Source of the DNA: Rhodospirillales bacterium
GTDB taxonomy: Bacteria; Pseudomonadota; Alphaproteobacteria; Rhodospirillales; JANQFP01
Assembly: GCA_028277795.1 (NCBI GenBank)
Contig: JANQFP010000252.1
Location: forward strand, 22,490-86,489
Reading direction: 5' to 3'
DNA length: 64,000 nt
In this document: piece by piece, positions 54,648 to 64,000 of the stretch
How positions within the stretch are numbered: the stretch's first letter is position 1
Layout: each line of letters starts with the position of its first letter
Translations under genes and position numbers: made by a program
The notes under the pieces: generated by a model
Databases searched by the model: none
The model's input: only the letters and a program-made list of their open reading frames with translations
Told to the model about the DNA's origin: nothing

Positions 54648-55526
54648 TCAGCCGGCGGCCGTGACGGCGTGGGCCACGGACTCCAGCAGACGGCCCGGGG
54701 TGATGGGTTTGTCCACGAAGCCGGCCACCCCGGCGTCGAGGGCACGGTCGCGGTCGGCGTCGGAGCCGAAGCGGGTCATCATGACGACCGGCACCCGCGA
54801 GGTGGGCACCGACGGGGACGCCCGCAGGCGCTCGACGAACTCGACGCCCTTCATGCTCTCCAGGTCGCGGTCGCACAGGATGACGTCGGGCAGGAAGGCG
54901 CGCAGGCGCTCGAACGCCTCCTCGCCGGTGCCCACGTCCTGCACGTCGGCGACCCGGACCGAATGCATGATGGTGCGGGCGACGCCACGGAAGTTGGGGT
55001 TCTCGTCGACGATCAGCACGCGCAGGCGGCGCCAGTCCACGTCGGCCAGGATGCCCGTCCCGTCCGTCATCGACGTCTCCGCCTCGCCGATGGAGGGCAC
55101 CGTCTCGGCCGCCCGTTGGGCGTCCAGGTTGTCGATTGCGTAGGCGCGGTAGTCCATGTCCTCGACCAGGATATGGTCGATCAACCATTCCCGCAGGAAG
55201 GCCATGAACTCGGCGCCGATGACCGACCTGGAGTCCTCCAGGTAGCGCCGGTGCAGGCGCGACACCTGCCCGGCCAGGTCCTCGTGGAGCAGGCGGTGGG
55301 CGGCCACCTGCGGATAGCCGCAGGCCTCCATGAGACGCTCTTCGCGGGTGAAGTGGTAGCGGGTGTAAGCGACCAGGGTATTCAGGGCGCTGCCCACCAC
55401 GTCCTGCTCGTCGCCGGCGCGGACGCTGTCGGCCACCCGGTTGATGAGATCGACCAGCACCTTGTGGTCGTCGTCGACGACGGTGACGCCGACGCTCATG
55501 GTCTCCGACCACTCGACAAACGCCAT
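54648..55526 (-). CDS. hemerythrin-like metal-binding domain fused to a response-regulator receiver domain
   Basis: N-terminal bacteriohemerythrin pattern (FVEWSETMSVGVTVVDDDHKVLVDLIN ... HFTREERLM ... HRLLHEDL). C-terminal REC (RVLIVDENP ... DVILCDRDLESMKG). Confidence 0.8.
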   Translation of the reverse strand: MAFVEWSETMSVGVTVVDDDHKVLVDLINRVADSVRAGDEQDVVGSALNTLVAYTRYHFTREERLMEACGYPQVAAHRLLHEDLAGQVSRLHRRYLEDSRSVIGAEFMAFLREWLIDHILVEDMDYRAYAIDNLDAQRAAETVPSIGEAETSMTDGTGILADVDWRRLRVLIVDENPNFRGVARTIMHSVRVADVQDVGTGEEAFERLRAFLPDVILCDRDLESMKGVEFVERLRASPSVPTSRVPVVMMTRFGSDADRDRALDAGVAGFVDKPITPGRLLESVAHAVTAAG

Positions 55527-55624
55527 GCATCCCTCCCCCGAGATGCCGCGCCAATCCGGCCCGCTGTCGTTATCCGCGCATTATGCCGCCAATCATCACC
55601 CGACCGACATCACATCCTCGTGTA

Positions 55625-57493
55625 CTACTCGGCGGCGGCGCCTCGGCGTTCGAGTTGCGAGACGTCGCGCACGGCGCCGTCGGCGGCGCTGGTGGTCAGC
55701 GCCGCATAGGCCCTGAGCGCCGCCGAGACGGGACGGTCGCGGTTGGCCGGCGCCCATGCCTGTGCCCCCTTGGCCTCCATGGCCCGACGGCGGGCCTCCA
55801 GTTGGCCGTCGTCGAGGTCCAGGTCGATGGTGCGCCGCGGGATGTCGATGCGGATGGGATCGCCCGGCTCGACCAGGGCGATGGCGCCGCCTTCCCCCGC
55901 TTCCGGCGACACGTGGCCGATGCACAGGCCGGATGTGCCGCCGGAGAACCGGCCATCGGTCACCAGGGCGCATTCCTTGCCCAGGCCCATGGATTTCAGG
56001 TAGCTGGTGGGATACAGCATCTCCTGCATGCCGGGACCGCCCTTGGGCCCTTCGTAGCGGACCACGACCACGTCGCCGGCGGCCACGTCGCCGCCCAGGA
56101 TCTTGGCCACCGCCTCATCCTGGCTTTCGCACACCACCGCCGGTCCGGAGAAGGCGAGGAGGTCCTCGTCGACTCCGGCCGTCTTCACCACGCAGCCGTC
56201 GACGGCGATGTTGCCGTACAGCACGGCCAGGCCGCCGTCGGCACTGTAGGCGTGCTCCACGTCCCGGATGCAGCCGGTCTCCCGGTCCAGGTCGAGGGCG
56301 TTGTAGCGCTTGGACTGGCTGAACGCCTCCTGGGTGGGCACGCCGCCGGGGGCCGCCATGTAGAACTGGGTGACCCGCCCGTCGGGGTTGCGTCGCACGT
56401 CCCAGGCATCGATGGCGTCACCGATGGTCGGGGCGTGGACCGTCGGCACCTGGCGATGGATCAGCCCGGCCCGTTCCAGCTCGCCCAGGATGGCCATGAT
56501 GCCGCCGGCCCGGTGCACGTCCTCCATGTGGTAGTCGGGGCTGGACGGCGACACCTTGCACAGATTGGGCACCTTGCGCGACAGGCGGTCGATGTCCGCC
56601 ATGGTGAAGCCCAGGCCGGCCTCGCGGGCCATGGCCAGCAGGTGCAGCACCGTGTTGGTGGATCCGCCCATGGCGATGTCCACGGTCATGGCGTTCTCGA
56701 AGCCTTCATGGCAGCCGATGGACCGCGGCAGCACCGACGCGTCGTCGCCCTCGTAATAGCGCCTGGTGAGGTCGACGATGCGGCGGCCGGCCTCCTCGAA
56801 CAGGGTGCGGCGGTCGGCGTGGGTGGCCAGCAGGCTGCCGTTGCCGGGCAGCGACAGGCCCATGGCCTCGGACAGGCAGTTCATGGAGTTGGCGGTGAAC
56901 ATGCCCGAGCACGACCCGCAGGTGGGGCAGGCCGAGCGTTCGTACTCCATGGCCTCGTCGTCGCTCACCGCGGGGTTGGCGGCCTGGACCATGGCGTCGA
57001 TGAGGTCGGCCTTGCGCTCCTCGCCGCCGACCACCACCTTGCCCGCCTCCATGGGGCCGCCGGAGACGAAGACGGCCGGGATGTTGAGGCGCATGGCGGC
57101 CATCAGCATGCCGGGGGTGATCTTGTCGCAGTTGGAGATGCAGACCAGGGCGTCGGCGCAGTGGGCGTTGGCCATGTACTCGACCGAATCCGCGATGATC
57201 TCGCGGGACGGCAGGCTGTACAGCATGCCGCCGTGGCCCATGGCGATGCCGTCGTCCACGGCGATGGTGTTGAACTCCTTGGCCACACCGCCGGCCTTCT
57301 CGATCTGGCGCGCCACCAACTGGCCCAGGTCCTTCAGGTGCACGTGGCCGGGCACGAACTGGGTGAACGAGTTGGCGACCGCAATGATGGGCTTGCCGAA
57401 ATCCTCGTCCTTCATGCCGGTGGCCCGCCACAGGCCGCGGGCGCCGGCCATGTTGCGGCCGTGGGTGGACGTCCTCGATCGGTATTCGGGCAT
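55625..57493 (-). CDS. ilvD: dihydroxy-acid dehydratase
   Basis: [26 protein letters not shown] ... CDKITPGM ... typical IlvD. ATG 57493. Confidence 0.95.
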   Translation of the reverse strand: MPEYRSRTSTHGRNMAGARGLWRATGMKDEDFGKPIIAVANSFTQFVPGHVHLKDLGQLVARQIEKAGGVAKEFNTIAVDDGIAMGHGGMLYSLPSREIIADSVEYMANAHCADALVCISNCDKITPGMLMAAMRLNIPAVFVSGGPMEAGKVVVGGEERKADLIDAMVQAANPAVSDDEAMEYERSACPTCGSCSGMFTANSMNCLSEAMGLSLPGNGSLLATHADRRTLFEEAGRRIVDLTRRYYEGDDASVLPRSIGCHEGFENAMTVDIAMGGSTNTVLHLLAMAREAGLGFTMADIDRLSRKVPNLCKVSPSSPDYHMEDVHRAGGIMAILGELERAGLIHRQVPTVHAPTIGDAIDAWDVRRNPDGRVTQFYMAAPGGVPTQEAFSQSKRYNALDLDRETGCIRDVEHAYSADGGLAVLYGNIAVDGCVVKTAGVDEDLLAFSGPAVVCESQDEAVAKILGGDVAAGDVVVVRYEGPKGGPGMQEMLYPTSYLKSMGLGKECALVTDGRFSGGTSGLCIGHVSPEAGEGGAIALVEPGDPIRIDIPRRTIDLDLDDGQLEARRRAMEAKGAQAWAPANRDRPVSAALRAYAALTTSAADGAVRDVSQLERRGAAAE

Positions 57494-57668
57494 GGGCGCG
57501 ATCCTCCCCGGTGCCAAGTGGTCCCCGACCGGAAACATAAGGACGCCGGCGGCCGGTTCCTAGGGGTCTCCGGCAATCCTGGGGAGTCGGAGTCGATGGA
57601 AGCTCGGCTTGAATTTCGAACTGACTAGTCATATAACTAGTCTGTATGGAAAACAAAGGAGATACGGC

Positions 57669-57926
57669 ATGCGGACGTGGCCGGTGCAGGAGGCAAAGGC
57701 GCGGTTCAGCGCGTTTCTCGAGGCGAGCCTGCGGGAAGGTCCGCAGGTGGTCACCAAGCGCGGCGTCGAAGCGGCCGTCCTGGTGCCCGTCGAGGAGTGG
57801 CGGCACCTGCAACGGTCCGCACGTCCGACACTGAAAGAGCTTTTGCTTGCCGACACACCGCGCGCCGAGATGCAGGTGCCGGCGCGCGGACGTTTGCGCC
57901 GTCGGGCGCGGGCGAATTCCGGGTGA
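57669..57926 (+). CDS. Phd/YefM-type antitoxin (VapB partner)
   Basis: MRTWPVQEAKARFSAFLEASLREGPQVVTKRGVEAAVLVPVEEW is the classic Phd/YefM fold pattern. AAGGAG SD upstream. Confidence 0.8.
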   Translation: MRTWPVQEAKARFSAFLEASLREGPQVVTKRGVEAAVLVPVEEWRHLQRSARPTLKELLLADTPRAEMQVPARGRLRRRARANSG

Positions 57927-57930
57927 CCGG

Positions 57931-58338
57931 GTGTATCTCCTCGACACCAACGTAGTGTCCGAACTGCGGCGGCCCAGACCCCATGGCGGGGTGGTCGCTT
58001 GGTTGGAGAGCGTCCCCGACGACCGTTTTCATCTTTCGGCGGTCACGCTGGGCGAACTGCAATCCGGCGTCGAGGTCACGCGCGAGCAGGATCCGGACAA
58101 AGCCTCCGCCATCGAGGCGTGGATCGAGCAGGTCGAGCGGACCTGGAACGTGTTACCCATGGACGGCCGTGCCTTCCGCGTGTGGGCAACGCTCATGCAC
58201 CGCCGGTCCGATGAGGTCGCCGAGGACGCCATGATCGCCGCCACAGCGGTGGTTCACGATCTGACCGTGGTCACCCGCAACGTCCGCGACTTCGTGCCGC
58301 TGGGCGTCAAGACGCTGAACCCCTTCGCACCCCGATGA
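57931..58338 (+). CDS. vapC: type II toxin VapC (PIN domain)
   Basis: VYLLDTNVVSELRR ... MIAATAVVHDLTVVTRNVRDF. GTG 57931 lies 5 nt after the antitoxin stop. Confidence 0.85.
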   Translation: MYLLDTNVVSELRRPRPHGGVVAWLESVPDDRFHLSAVTLGELQSGVEVTREQDPDKASAIEAWIEQVERTWNVLPMDGRAFRVWATLMHRRSDEVAEDAMIAATAVVHDLTVVTRNVRDFVPLGVKTLNPFAPR

Positions 58339-58495
58339 ATGCCGCGGCGAAGACGACCTCGTACCATCTGCCGCTGAGATTCCGCTCGGGCGATCACCAC
58401 GGCACGAACGCGTTCTTGCCCGAGCCGCAGACAGGGCATTGCCAGTCGTCGGGAAGCGCGGTTGGCGGCCGATGCGAGTGAAGCCTTGGTGACGC

Positions 58496-59092
58496 TCAGG
58501 CCCTCTTCTTGCCGCCCCAGGACCTGGTGGCGACCTTGAGGGCCTTTTCCAGGCCCTCGGCCTCCTTCTCCAGTTCCTTCTCCATCTTGCGGATGCGCCG
58601 GTTGAGGTCCTCGACCCGGCTTAGGGTCTCGGCGCGGCGGCGCGCCTGGCGGCCCTTGAGGTACTTGCGCACCCGCCACTCGGCGGCTACCGCCAGCAAC
58701 ACGATTCCGGCCACCCCGCAGACGATGGCGGTGAGCAGATAGTGCGCCTTGTCGAAGGCGAACGCCGTGCCCCAGAAGCCGATGGTGACCAGCGCGGCGC
58801 CGGTGGTGAACAGCAGCCGCTTGGACACCATGTCGTCGCGCATCATGTTGTTCTCGGCGTCGGCGACGGCGTTGGCGATCTCGGTCTGGGCCATCTGCTC
58901 CCACTGCTTGTAGGGCATGCCCTCGATGGTGCGGCCGTCGCGGATGAACTGGGCCAGGCGCCGCACCACGTAGTCGGCGCGCTCTTCCGGGCTGGGATTG
59001 CCCGCCATCTCCGCCGGATCGGGGCCCGGTGTGTCCTGCAACAGGTCGGGAATGGTCACGACGGGACGCTCCCGCGCTGGCGGCCGGCACAA
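58496..59092 (-). CDS. hypothetical membrane protein with C-terminal coiled-coil/basic tail
   Basis: Two central TM helices and a KMEKELEKEAEGLEKALK tail. No family recognised. Start uncertain. Confidence 0.5.
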   Translation of the reverse strand: MCRPPARERPVVTIPDLLQDTPGPDPAEMAGNPSPEERADYVVRRLAQFIRDGRTIEGMPYKQWEQMAQTEIANAVADAENNMMRDDMVSKRLLFTTGAALVTIGFWGTAFAFDKAHYLLTAIVCGVAGIVLLAVAAEWRVRKYLKGRQARRRAETLSRVEDLNRRIRKMEKELEKEAEGLEKALKVATRSWGGKKRA

Positions 59093-59195
59093 CGCGCCGC
59101 CGCCCGCCTACACTTCGGCCGCGGCCGCGGCGTTGTCAAGGCGCCTCCACCCCCGCACGCAGGCGCCGTCCGCACGGGAAAAAGCGAGGAGCGGA

Positions 59196-59393
59196 TCAGG
59201 AAGACCGGGTCAGGTAGACCAACAGCGCGATCATGGCGATGGCCAGGCCCTGGGAGATCACCCGCAGGCGCATCATCATGTTGCTCTTTTCGTGCATCTT
59301 TTCGTCCTCGCTGGCCATGGCGACGATGCCGGTGACCAGGAACACGACGACCGCGAGTAAAGTGAGAAGAAGAAGAAACTCGAGGATGCCCAT
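59196..59393 (-). CDS. twin-transmembrane-helix small protein (HIG1-domain-like)
   Basis: 65 aa with two TM helices separated by a short polar loop, as in bacterial HIG1-type proteins. Confidence 0.55.
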   Translation of the reverse strand: MGILEFLLLLTLLAVVVFLVTGIVAMASEDEKMHEKSNMMMRLRVISQGLAIAMIALLVYLTRSS

Positions 59394-59464
59394 GATCCCA
59401 CCTCGATCCCGTCAATTCTTGCGACGATTGGTTAACCCAGGATCGCATCAGGGGGCGGCGTTTG

Positions 59465-60271
59465 TCACGCAGGAATTGACGCCGCAGCGGCGCAGGAGTG
59501 GACCGCCACCAGGTCGTGGAACGCCGCCGGCTGCTCGGTCATGATGAAGTGGCCGCAATCGGGGATGGCGATGCAGTCGACGCCGCCCAGCCGGCGCAGG
59601 ACCGCGTCGTTGGCGCTGCGGACGCCATAGACATAGACCTTGGGCACCGCCAGGCCGAGGAAGACGTCGAGCAACCGCCCGCTGTCCGACCACGCCACCA
59701 GGGAGACGCAGCTCTCGTGGAAGGCCCGCGGGTCGCAGCGGGCCGCCCAGGCCGACCACCGGCGCAGGTCGGGGTCGTCGGACTCGGCGGTGACGGCCAG
59801 CAGTTTCGGGAACTTGGCGTCGACGAACGCGGCGACCGGAAAGCCCGCGCTCCTGCGGCTCATCATGCCGCAGTCCTCGGCCACCAGGTTGCCTTCCACG
59901 TTGACGAATGACGCCAGCGGCAGGCCGCCCCCCTGGGCCAGCAGCAGGCCCACCGCCCCGCCCATGCTGTGGGCAACCACATGCAGGCGCCGGCAGGGAA
60001 ATGCCGCGACGGCGTCCCGCAGAACGTCGGCATAGCCCTCCATGGTGCAGGCGAAACCCTCGGGCCGGGGGCTGGCGCCGTTGCCGGGCAGATCCACAGC
60101 CAGCAGCGAGCAGGCGGACAGCTCTGGGGCCTCCCATGCGCCGGCGAACGATTCCTTGGTGCAGCCCAGGCCATGCACGAACAGCACCAGGTCGGGTCCG
60201 GCCCGGCGCTCCAGGGCCGCCAGCGTCAGGCCGCCGACCCGCATGACCGTGCTTTCAATCGGCGCCGACAT
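59465..60271 (-). CDS. alpha/beta-fold hydrolase
   Basis: Nucleophile elbow AHSMGG, HG region (LFVHGLG). Confidence 0.8.
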   Translation of the reverse strand: MSAPIESTVMRVGGLTLAALERRAGPDLVLFVHGLGCTKESFAGAWEAPELSACSLLAVDLPGNGASPRPEGFACTMEGYADVLRDAVAAFPCRRLHVVAHSMGGAVGLLLAQGGGLPLASFVNVEGNLVAEDCGMMSRRSAGFPVAAFVDAKFPKLLAVTAESDDPDLRRWSAWAARCDPRAFHESCVSLVAWSDSGRLLDVFLGLAVPKVYVYGVRSANDAVLRRLGGVDCIAIPDCGHFIMTEQPAAFHDLVAVHSCAAAASIPA

Positions 60272-60320
60272 GGTCCTCTCGAAGACTTGTTAATTTCGAC
60301 ATTTCGCTTATGATCCAAAT

Positions 60321-61247
60321 ATGGAAGTGATGCCCCCTGCCCCGGCCCCCGAGACCGTCCCCGACCCGGAAACCGACGCCGCGTTGCGCGCCCTGTCGGC
60401 CCTGGCCCAGGAGACCCGGCTGCAGGTGTTCCGGCTCCTGGTGGGACTCGGCCCCTCGGGCGCGGCGGCGGGCGACATCGCCCAAATCGTCGGCGTGTCG
60501 CCGTCCACCCTGTCCACCCACCTGGGCATCCTGGAGCGGTCCGGACTGGTCCGATCGTGGCGCGTGCAGCGGCACATCTACTATGCCGCCCACATCGACG
60601 GAACCCGCCGTCTGCTGACGTTTCTCACTGACGACTGCTGCCAGGGCCGGCCCGAGATCTGCGCCGGCCTGGCCGGCCCCCTCAAGTCCTCCGGATCCTT
60701 GCGCAAGCCACTGCGGAGCAATCCCATGTCCACTGAGTCGCCCGATCGCGTCTACAACGTCCTGTTCCTGTGCACCGGCAACTCCTGCCGCAGCGTCATG
60801 GCCGAGTCCATCCTCAACCGGGTCGGCGCCGGCCGCTTCCGCGGCTACAGCGCCGGCAGCCATCCCGCCGGCGCGGTCAACCCCCGCGCCCTCGAGCTGC
60901 TCAAGCACCTCAACTACAACACCGACGGCCTGCGCTCCAAGGACTGGGAGGAGTTCTCGCAACCCGACTCTCCGCCCATGGACTTCGTCTTCACCCTGTG
61001 CGATCGGGCTGCCGGCGAGGTCTGCCCGGTGTGGCCTGGCCAGCCCATGACCGCCCACTGGGGCTTCCCCGACCCCGCCGAGGCGCAGGGCACGGAGGCC
61101 GAGATCGCCTACGAGTTCGCCGACGTCTACCGGCAGATCGAGACCCTGCTGTCGATCTTCGTCAACCTGCCCATCGCGTCCCTCGACCGGCTCAAGCTCC
61201 AGGAGCGCCTGCACGAGATGGCCCCGACGGCCAAGGCGGACGCCTAG
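60321..61247 (+). CDS. ArsR-family HTH regulator fused to LMW-PTPase-type arsenate reductase (ArsR-ArsC)
   Basis: N-terminal ArsR/SmtB wHTH (LSALAQETRLQVFRLL ... IAQIVGVSPSTLSTHLGILERSGLV). C-terminal LMW-PTP motif LCTGNSCRS. A single uninterrupted 308-aa ORF. Confidence 0.75.
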   Translation: MEVMPPAPAPETVPDPETDAALRALSALAQETRLQVFRLLVGLGPSGAAAGDIAQIVGVSPSTLSTHLGILERSGLVRSWRVQRHIYYAAHIDGTRRLLTFLTDDCCQGRPEICAGLAGPLKSSGSLRKPLRSNPMSTESPDRVYNVLFLCTGNSCRSVMAESILNRVGAGRFRGYSAGSHPAGAVNPRALELLKHLNYNTDGLRSKDWEEFSQPDSPPMDFVFTLCDRAAGEVCPVWPGQPMTAHWGFPDPAEAQGTEAEIAYEFADVYRQIETLLSIFVNLPIASLDRLKLQERLHEMAPTAKADA

Positions 61248-61293
61248 TGGACCGGATGGTCCTGACGGCATCCCACCGACCGAAGACCGTTTG

Positions 61294-62007
61294 ATGTCGG
61301 AAACCGATCTGCGGCGCCGCCTCGTTGCCGAGGCCCTGGGCACGGCCCTGCTGCTGGCGACGGTGGTGGGCTCGGGCATCATGGGCGAGCGCCTGGCCGG
61401 CGGCAACGTGGCGATCGCGCTGCTCGGCAACACGCTGGCCACCGGCGCCATCCTCATGGTGCTGATCCTGATCCTGGGTCCGCTGTCGGGGGCCCACTTC
61501 AACCCGGCGGTGACCCTGTCGTTCGCCCTGCAGCGGCGCCTCCCGGCCGGCGAGGGATGGCTGTACGTGGGGGCCCAGGTGGTGGGCGGCGTGATCGGCA
61601 CCGTGGTCGCCCACATCATGTTCGCCGAGCCCGTGGTCGCCACCTCGGCCACGGTGCGCACCGGGCCCGGCCAGTGGCTGGCCGAGGTGGTCGCCACCTT
61701 CGGCCTGGTGGCCACCATCCTGGGCTGCCTGCGCTGGCGGCCGGACGCCGTGGCCTACGCCGTGGGCCTGTTCATCTCCGCCGGCTACTGGTTCACCTCG
61801 TCCACGTCCTTCGCCAACCCGGCGGTCACCGTGGCCCGCACCCTGACCGACACCTTCTCCGGCATCCGTCCGGCCGATGCCCCGGCCTTCATCGCCGCCC
61901 AGGTGGTGGGCGCCGTTGCCGCCACCGCCCTGTTCGCCTGGCTGCTGGCGCCCCGCCCCGCGGTAGCGGACACGTCCCCGGTCCCGGAGCCCGACCAGAC
62001 GAGCTAG
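61294..62007 (+). CDS. aqpS: aquaglyceroporin (MIP family), AqpS-like arsenite channel
   Basis: Two NPA boxes (HFNPAVT, FANPAVT). Adjacent to arsR-arsC. Confidence 0.85.
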   Translation: MSETDLRRRLVAEALGTALLLATVVGSGIMGERLAGGNVAIALLGNTLATGAILMVLILILGPLSGAHFNPAVTLSFALQRRLPAGEGWLYVGAQVVGGVIGTVVAHIMFAEPVVATSATVRTGPGQWLAEVVATFGLVATILGCLRWRPDAVAYAVGLFISAGYWFTSSTSFANPAVTVARTLTDTFSGIRPADAPAFIAAQVVGAVAATALFAWLLAPRPAVADTSPVPEPDQTS

Positions 62008-62387
62008 AGTTCGGCGATCACCTCCTTGAGCAGCCCCTGGACCTGGCTCGCCACCTGTTCCAGCCCGGGCGAGTCCACCGCCTGCATGGAGGCCAGGGGG
62101 TCGATGGCCGACACCTCGACGCCGGCATCGGTCTGCTGGACGATGACGTTGCACGGCAGCATGGTGCCGATCTTGTCCTCGATCTGCAGGGCCTGGTGGG
62201 CGAAGCGGGGGTTGCAGGCCCCGAGGATGGTGTAGGGCCGCCACTCGGCGTCCAGCTTCTCCTTCAAGGTGGCCTTGACGTCGATGGTGGTGAGGACCCC
62301 GAACCCTTTCTCCTTGAGGGCCGCGGTGACCTTGTCGATGGTCTCGTCGAAGGACGTCGGGACGGTCTTGGTGAAATGGTAGCTCAT
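62004..62387 (-). CDS. DUF302 domain-containing protein
   Basis: 127 aa. FGVLTTIDVKATLKEKL ... YTILGACNP ... MLPCNVIV is the typical DUF302 pattern. It is the C-terminal part of track ORF 62004-62828. Confidence 0.75.
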   Translation of the reverse strand: MSYHFTKTVPTSFDETIDKVTAALKEKGFGVLTTIDVKATLKEKLDAEWRPYTILGACNPRFAHQALQIEDKIGTMLPCNVIVQQTDAGVEVSAIDPLASMQAVDSPGLEQVASQVQGLLKEVIAEL

Positions 62388-62452
62388 GGTCGGATCCTTC
62401 CTTTCCCGTTGACCGGAGAGATTGGGCCGCGGCGTCCCCCCGCCAAGAGGGC

Positions 62453-63583
62453 TCAGCGGAAACGGCGCAGGTACCAGCGCTCGAACATCCGCTTGGACCA
62501 GTGCCACAGGCGCATGGAGGGGAGCATGAGATTGAAGCGCTCGGTGCGCGCCACCACCATGCCCTGATCCAGCGTGTCGACGATGCAGATGAGCTCCGCC
62601 CGGTAGGTTTCGCTGCCCGTCCGTCCCTTGAAGTCCTCCAGCAGGTTGGCGGCCGCCACCTTGGCCTGCAGATCGGCCATGTGGGCCTGCTTGGGCATCC
62701 ATTCGGGGCCCGGCAGGCTGCCCGAGTCGCCGGCCACGTAGACGCGGTCCAAGCCCGGCACCCGGCAGTGCTCGTCCCCCTGGACCAGGCCGCCGGGGGA
62801 GCGCGGCAGCTCGGAGTCGTCGAACCATGCGTTGCCGGTCATGCCGGGCATGAACACGATCAGGTCGGTGGCGATCTCGCCCCCCTCGGTGATCACCTTG
62901 TCGGCCTCGAAGCCCTTGATCTTGTGGCCCAGATGGGTGTCGATGCCACGCCGGGCCATTTCCTTCAGCAGGCGGGGCACCGCCTTGCCGCCCATGCGCT
63001 GCCCCGGCTTGTCGGACGGATTGAAGAACACCAGCCGGAAGCGGTCACGCCGCTTCTCCCGGCGCAACTGGCGGTCCATGCCGAACAGGAACTCGAACAC
63101 CGGGCCGCCGCGCATGGCCGACGGCTCATTGGGGTTGCTGCCGAAACCGAAGGCGATGGTGCCGCCGTCCATGGCCGCCACCCGGTCGCGGATGGCCACA
63201 GCCGAGGCCACCCCCTGGCACGGCACGATGGCGTGCTCGATGCCCGGCAGCTTGCGGATGAAGCGCCCGCCGGAGGCGATGATCAGGCCGTCGTTGGACA
63301 CCTCGCCTTCGGTGGTCATCAGGGTGCGTCCGCCGTCCTTGAGCCCGGTCGCCTCGGCGGCCACGTGCTTGACCCGGTGGCGGCGGAAGAAGGCGTCCAG
63401 CGGCACCACTAGGTCGTCCGGCCGGCGCAGACCCGCCGGCACCCAGATGAGGCTGGGCAGGTAGACGAACTCGGCCCGGGGGGCGACCACCGTGATGGTA
63501 ACCAGCCGGTTGCGGTGGCGCAGCTCCTCCACGGCGCTGAGCCCGGCGAATCCGGCGCCGACGACGGTGATGGTCTTGGGCAT
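62453..63583 (-). CDS. NAD(P)/FAD-dependent oxidoreductase, sulfide:quinone oxidoreductase-like
   Basis: FAD motif VVGAGFAGL and a second dinucleotide motif. SQR/NDH-2-like length. ATG 63583. Confidence 0.7.
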   Translation of the reverse strand: MPKTITVVGAGFAGLSAVEELRHRNRLVTITVVAPRAEFVYLPSLIWVPAGLRRPDDLVVPLDAFFRRHRVKHVAAEATGLKDGGRTLMTTEGEVSNDGLIIASGGRFIRKLPGIEHAIVPCQGVASAVAIRDRVAAMDGGTIAFGFGSNPNEPSAMRGGPVFEFLFGMDRQLRREKRRDRFRLVFFNPSDKPGQRMGGKAVPRLLKEMARRGIDTHLGHKIKGFEADKVITEGGEIATDLIVFMPGMTGNAWFDDSELPRSPGGLVQGDEHCRVPGLDRVYVAGDSGSLPGPEWMPKQAHMADLQAKVAAANLLEDFKGRTGSETYRAELICIVDTLDQGMVVARTERFNLMLPSMRLWHWSKRMFERWYLRRFR

Positions 63584-63749
63584 GGACTCCCATCCCGGCC
63601 AGAATGGCCGCGCATACTTAGTCTCGATCCCGGCGCCGTTCAAGCGGCCAGCGGCGCTCCGTCCCCGCCCGGACAGGCAAAATAAATACACCGGCCCAGA
63701 TTCCCGTATACTGCCGCCGGGGAAGCGAAGGACCGTGGAGGAGGGACAC

Positions 63750-64000
63750 CATGATGTGGGCCCGCGCTGCCGGGGCGGCCGCCCTGATCCTGGCCGTTTC
63801 GGTGGGGGCGGCGGCCGACGAGGCCGGTGCCGACGTGCAACGGGAGATCGCCCGCTGCGCCGCCATCGAGGACCTGGCCGGCAGCACGGCGTGCTACGAC
63901 AGCATCGCCGATCGGCTCGGCATCTATCGTCCGTCCCATGCCTCGCGCCAGCAGACCGTCAACTGGGACGTGGGCGAGGAGACCGCCTGGTCCCTCTACG
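63750..64000 (+). CDS. secreted hypothetical protein, 5' partial (runs off the window)
   Basis: ATG preceded by GGAGGAGGG. Signal-peptide-like MMWARAAGAAALILAVSVGAAA. The open frame reaches the window end. Not in the ORF track because no stop is reached. Confidence 0.5.

Noticed and set aside
55583-57628. 681-aa ORF antisense to ilvD
   Set aside because: This is a shadow ORF. The ilvD frame is unambiguous.

Overview
High-G+C, gene-dense bacterial chromosome segment, probably an alphaproteobacterium of the Rhodospirillales type (inferred from gene content only). All calls come from reading the ORF translations and DNA by eye; no searches were run. Start codons are best guesses, because the ORF track uses the longest ATG/GTG/TTG ORF.

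Layout:
- 0.5-4.3 kb: radical-SAM enzyme and a CHASE2 class III nucleotide cyclase.
- 4.5-9.6 kb: type I secretion ABC and HlyD pair followed by a MotA/MotB stator pair.
- 9.7-12.4 kb: MBL hydrolase, DUF62 SAM hydrolase, rpoH.
- 12.8-42.1 kb: a hopanoid (hpn) supercluster. It holds mlaA-like, three mlaC/hpnM-like genes, hpnL, hpnN, hpnA, ispH, hpnH, hpnG, shc, hpnE, hpnD, hpnB and hpnC. It is interrupted by a phosphonate module and by five selfish cassettes. The phosphonate module comprises a PEP mutase fused to a nucleotidyltransferase, phosphonopyruvate decarboxylase, two CDP-alcohol phosphotransferases and a PhyH dioxygenase. The cassettes are an unknown gene plus Xre-RES, VapBC, a GIY-YIG islet, ParDE, and a BglII-like/MT-A70 restriction-modification pair.
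- 42.2-48.4 kb: GntR/PdhR-like regulator with a perfect palindromic operator, a TRAP transporter, and an orphan LivK-type binding protein.
- 48.5-50.5 kb: small proteins, including a cysteine-less TusE/DsrC homologue.
- 50.6-54.1 kb: a lower-G+C quorum-sensing islet (luxR, luxI, a coupled small ORF, a PhyH dioxygenase), bracketed by ~145-bp direct repeats that duplicate the 5' end of arfB.
- 54.1-64 kb: arfB, hemerythrin-receiver protein, ilvD, Phd-VapC, membrane proteins, ArsR-ArsC fusion with aqpS, DUF302, and an SQR-like flavoprotein.

No rRNA, tRNA, CRISPR array, transposase or integrase was recognised.

The most interesting hypothesis is that the phosphonate head-group pathway embedded in the hopanoid locus makes a phosphonate-decorated hopanoid or membrane lipid.
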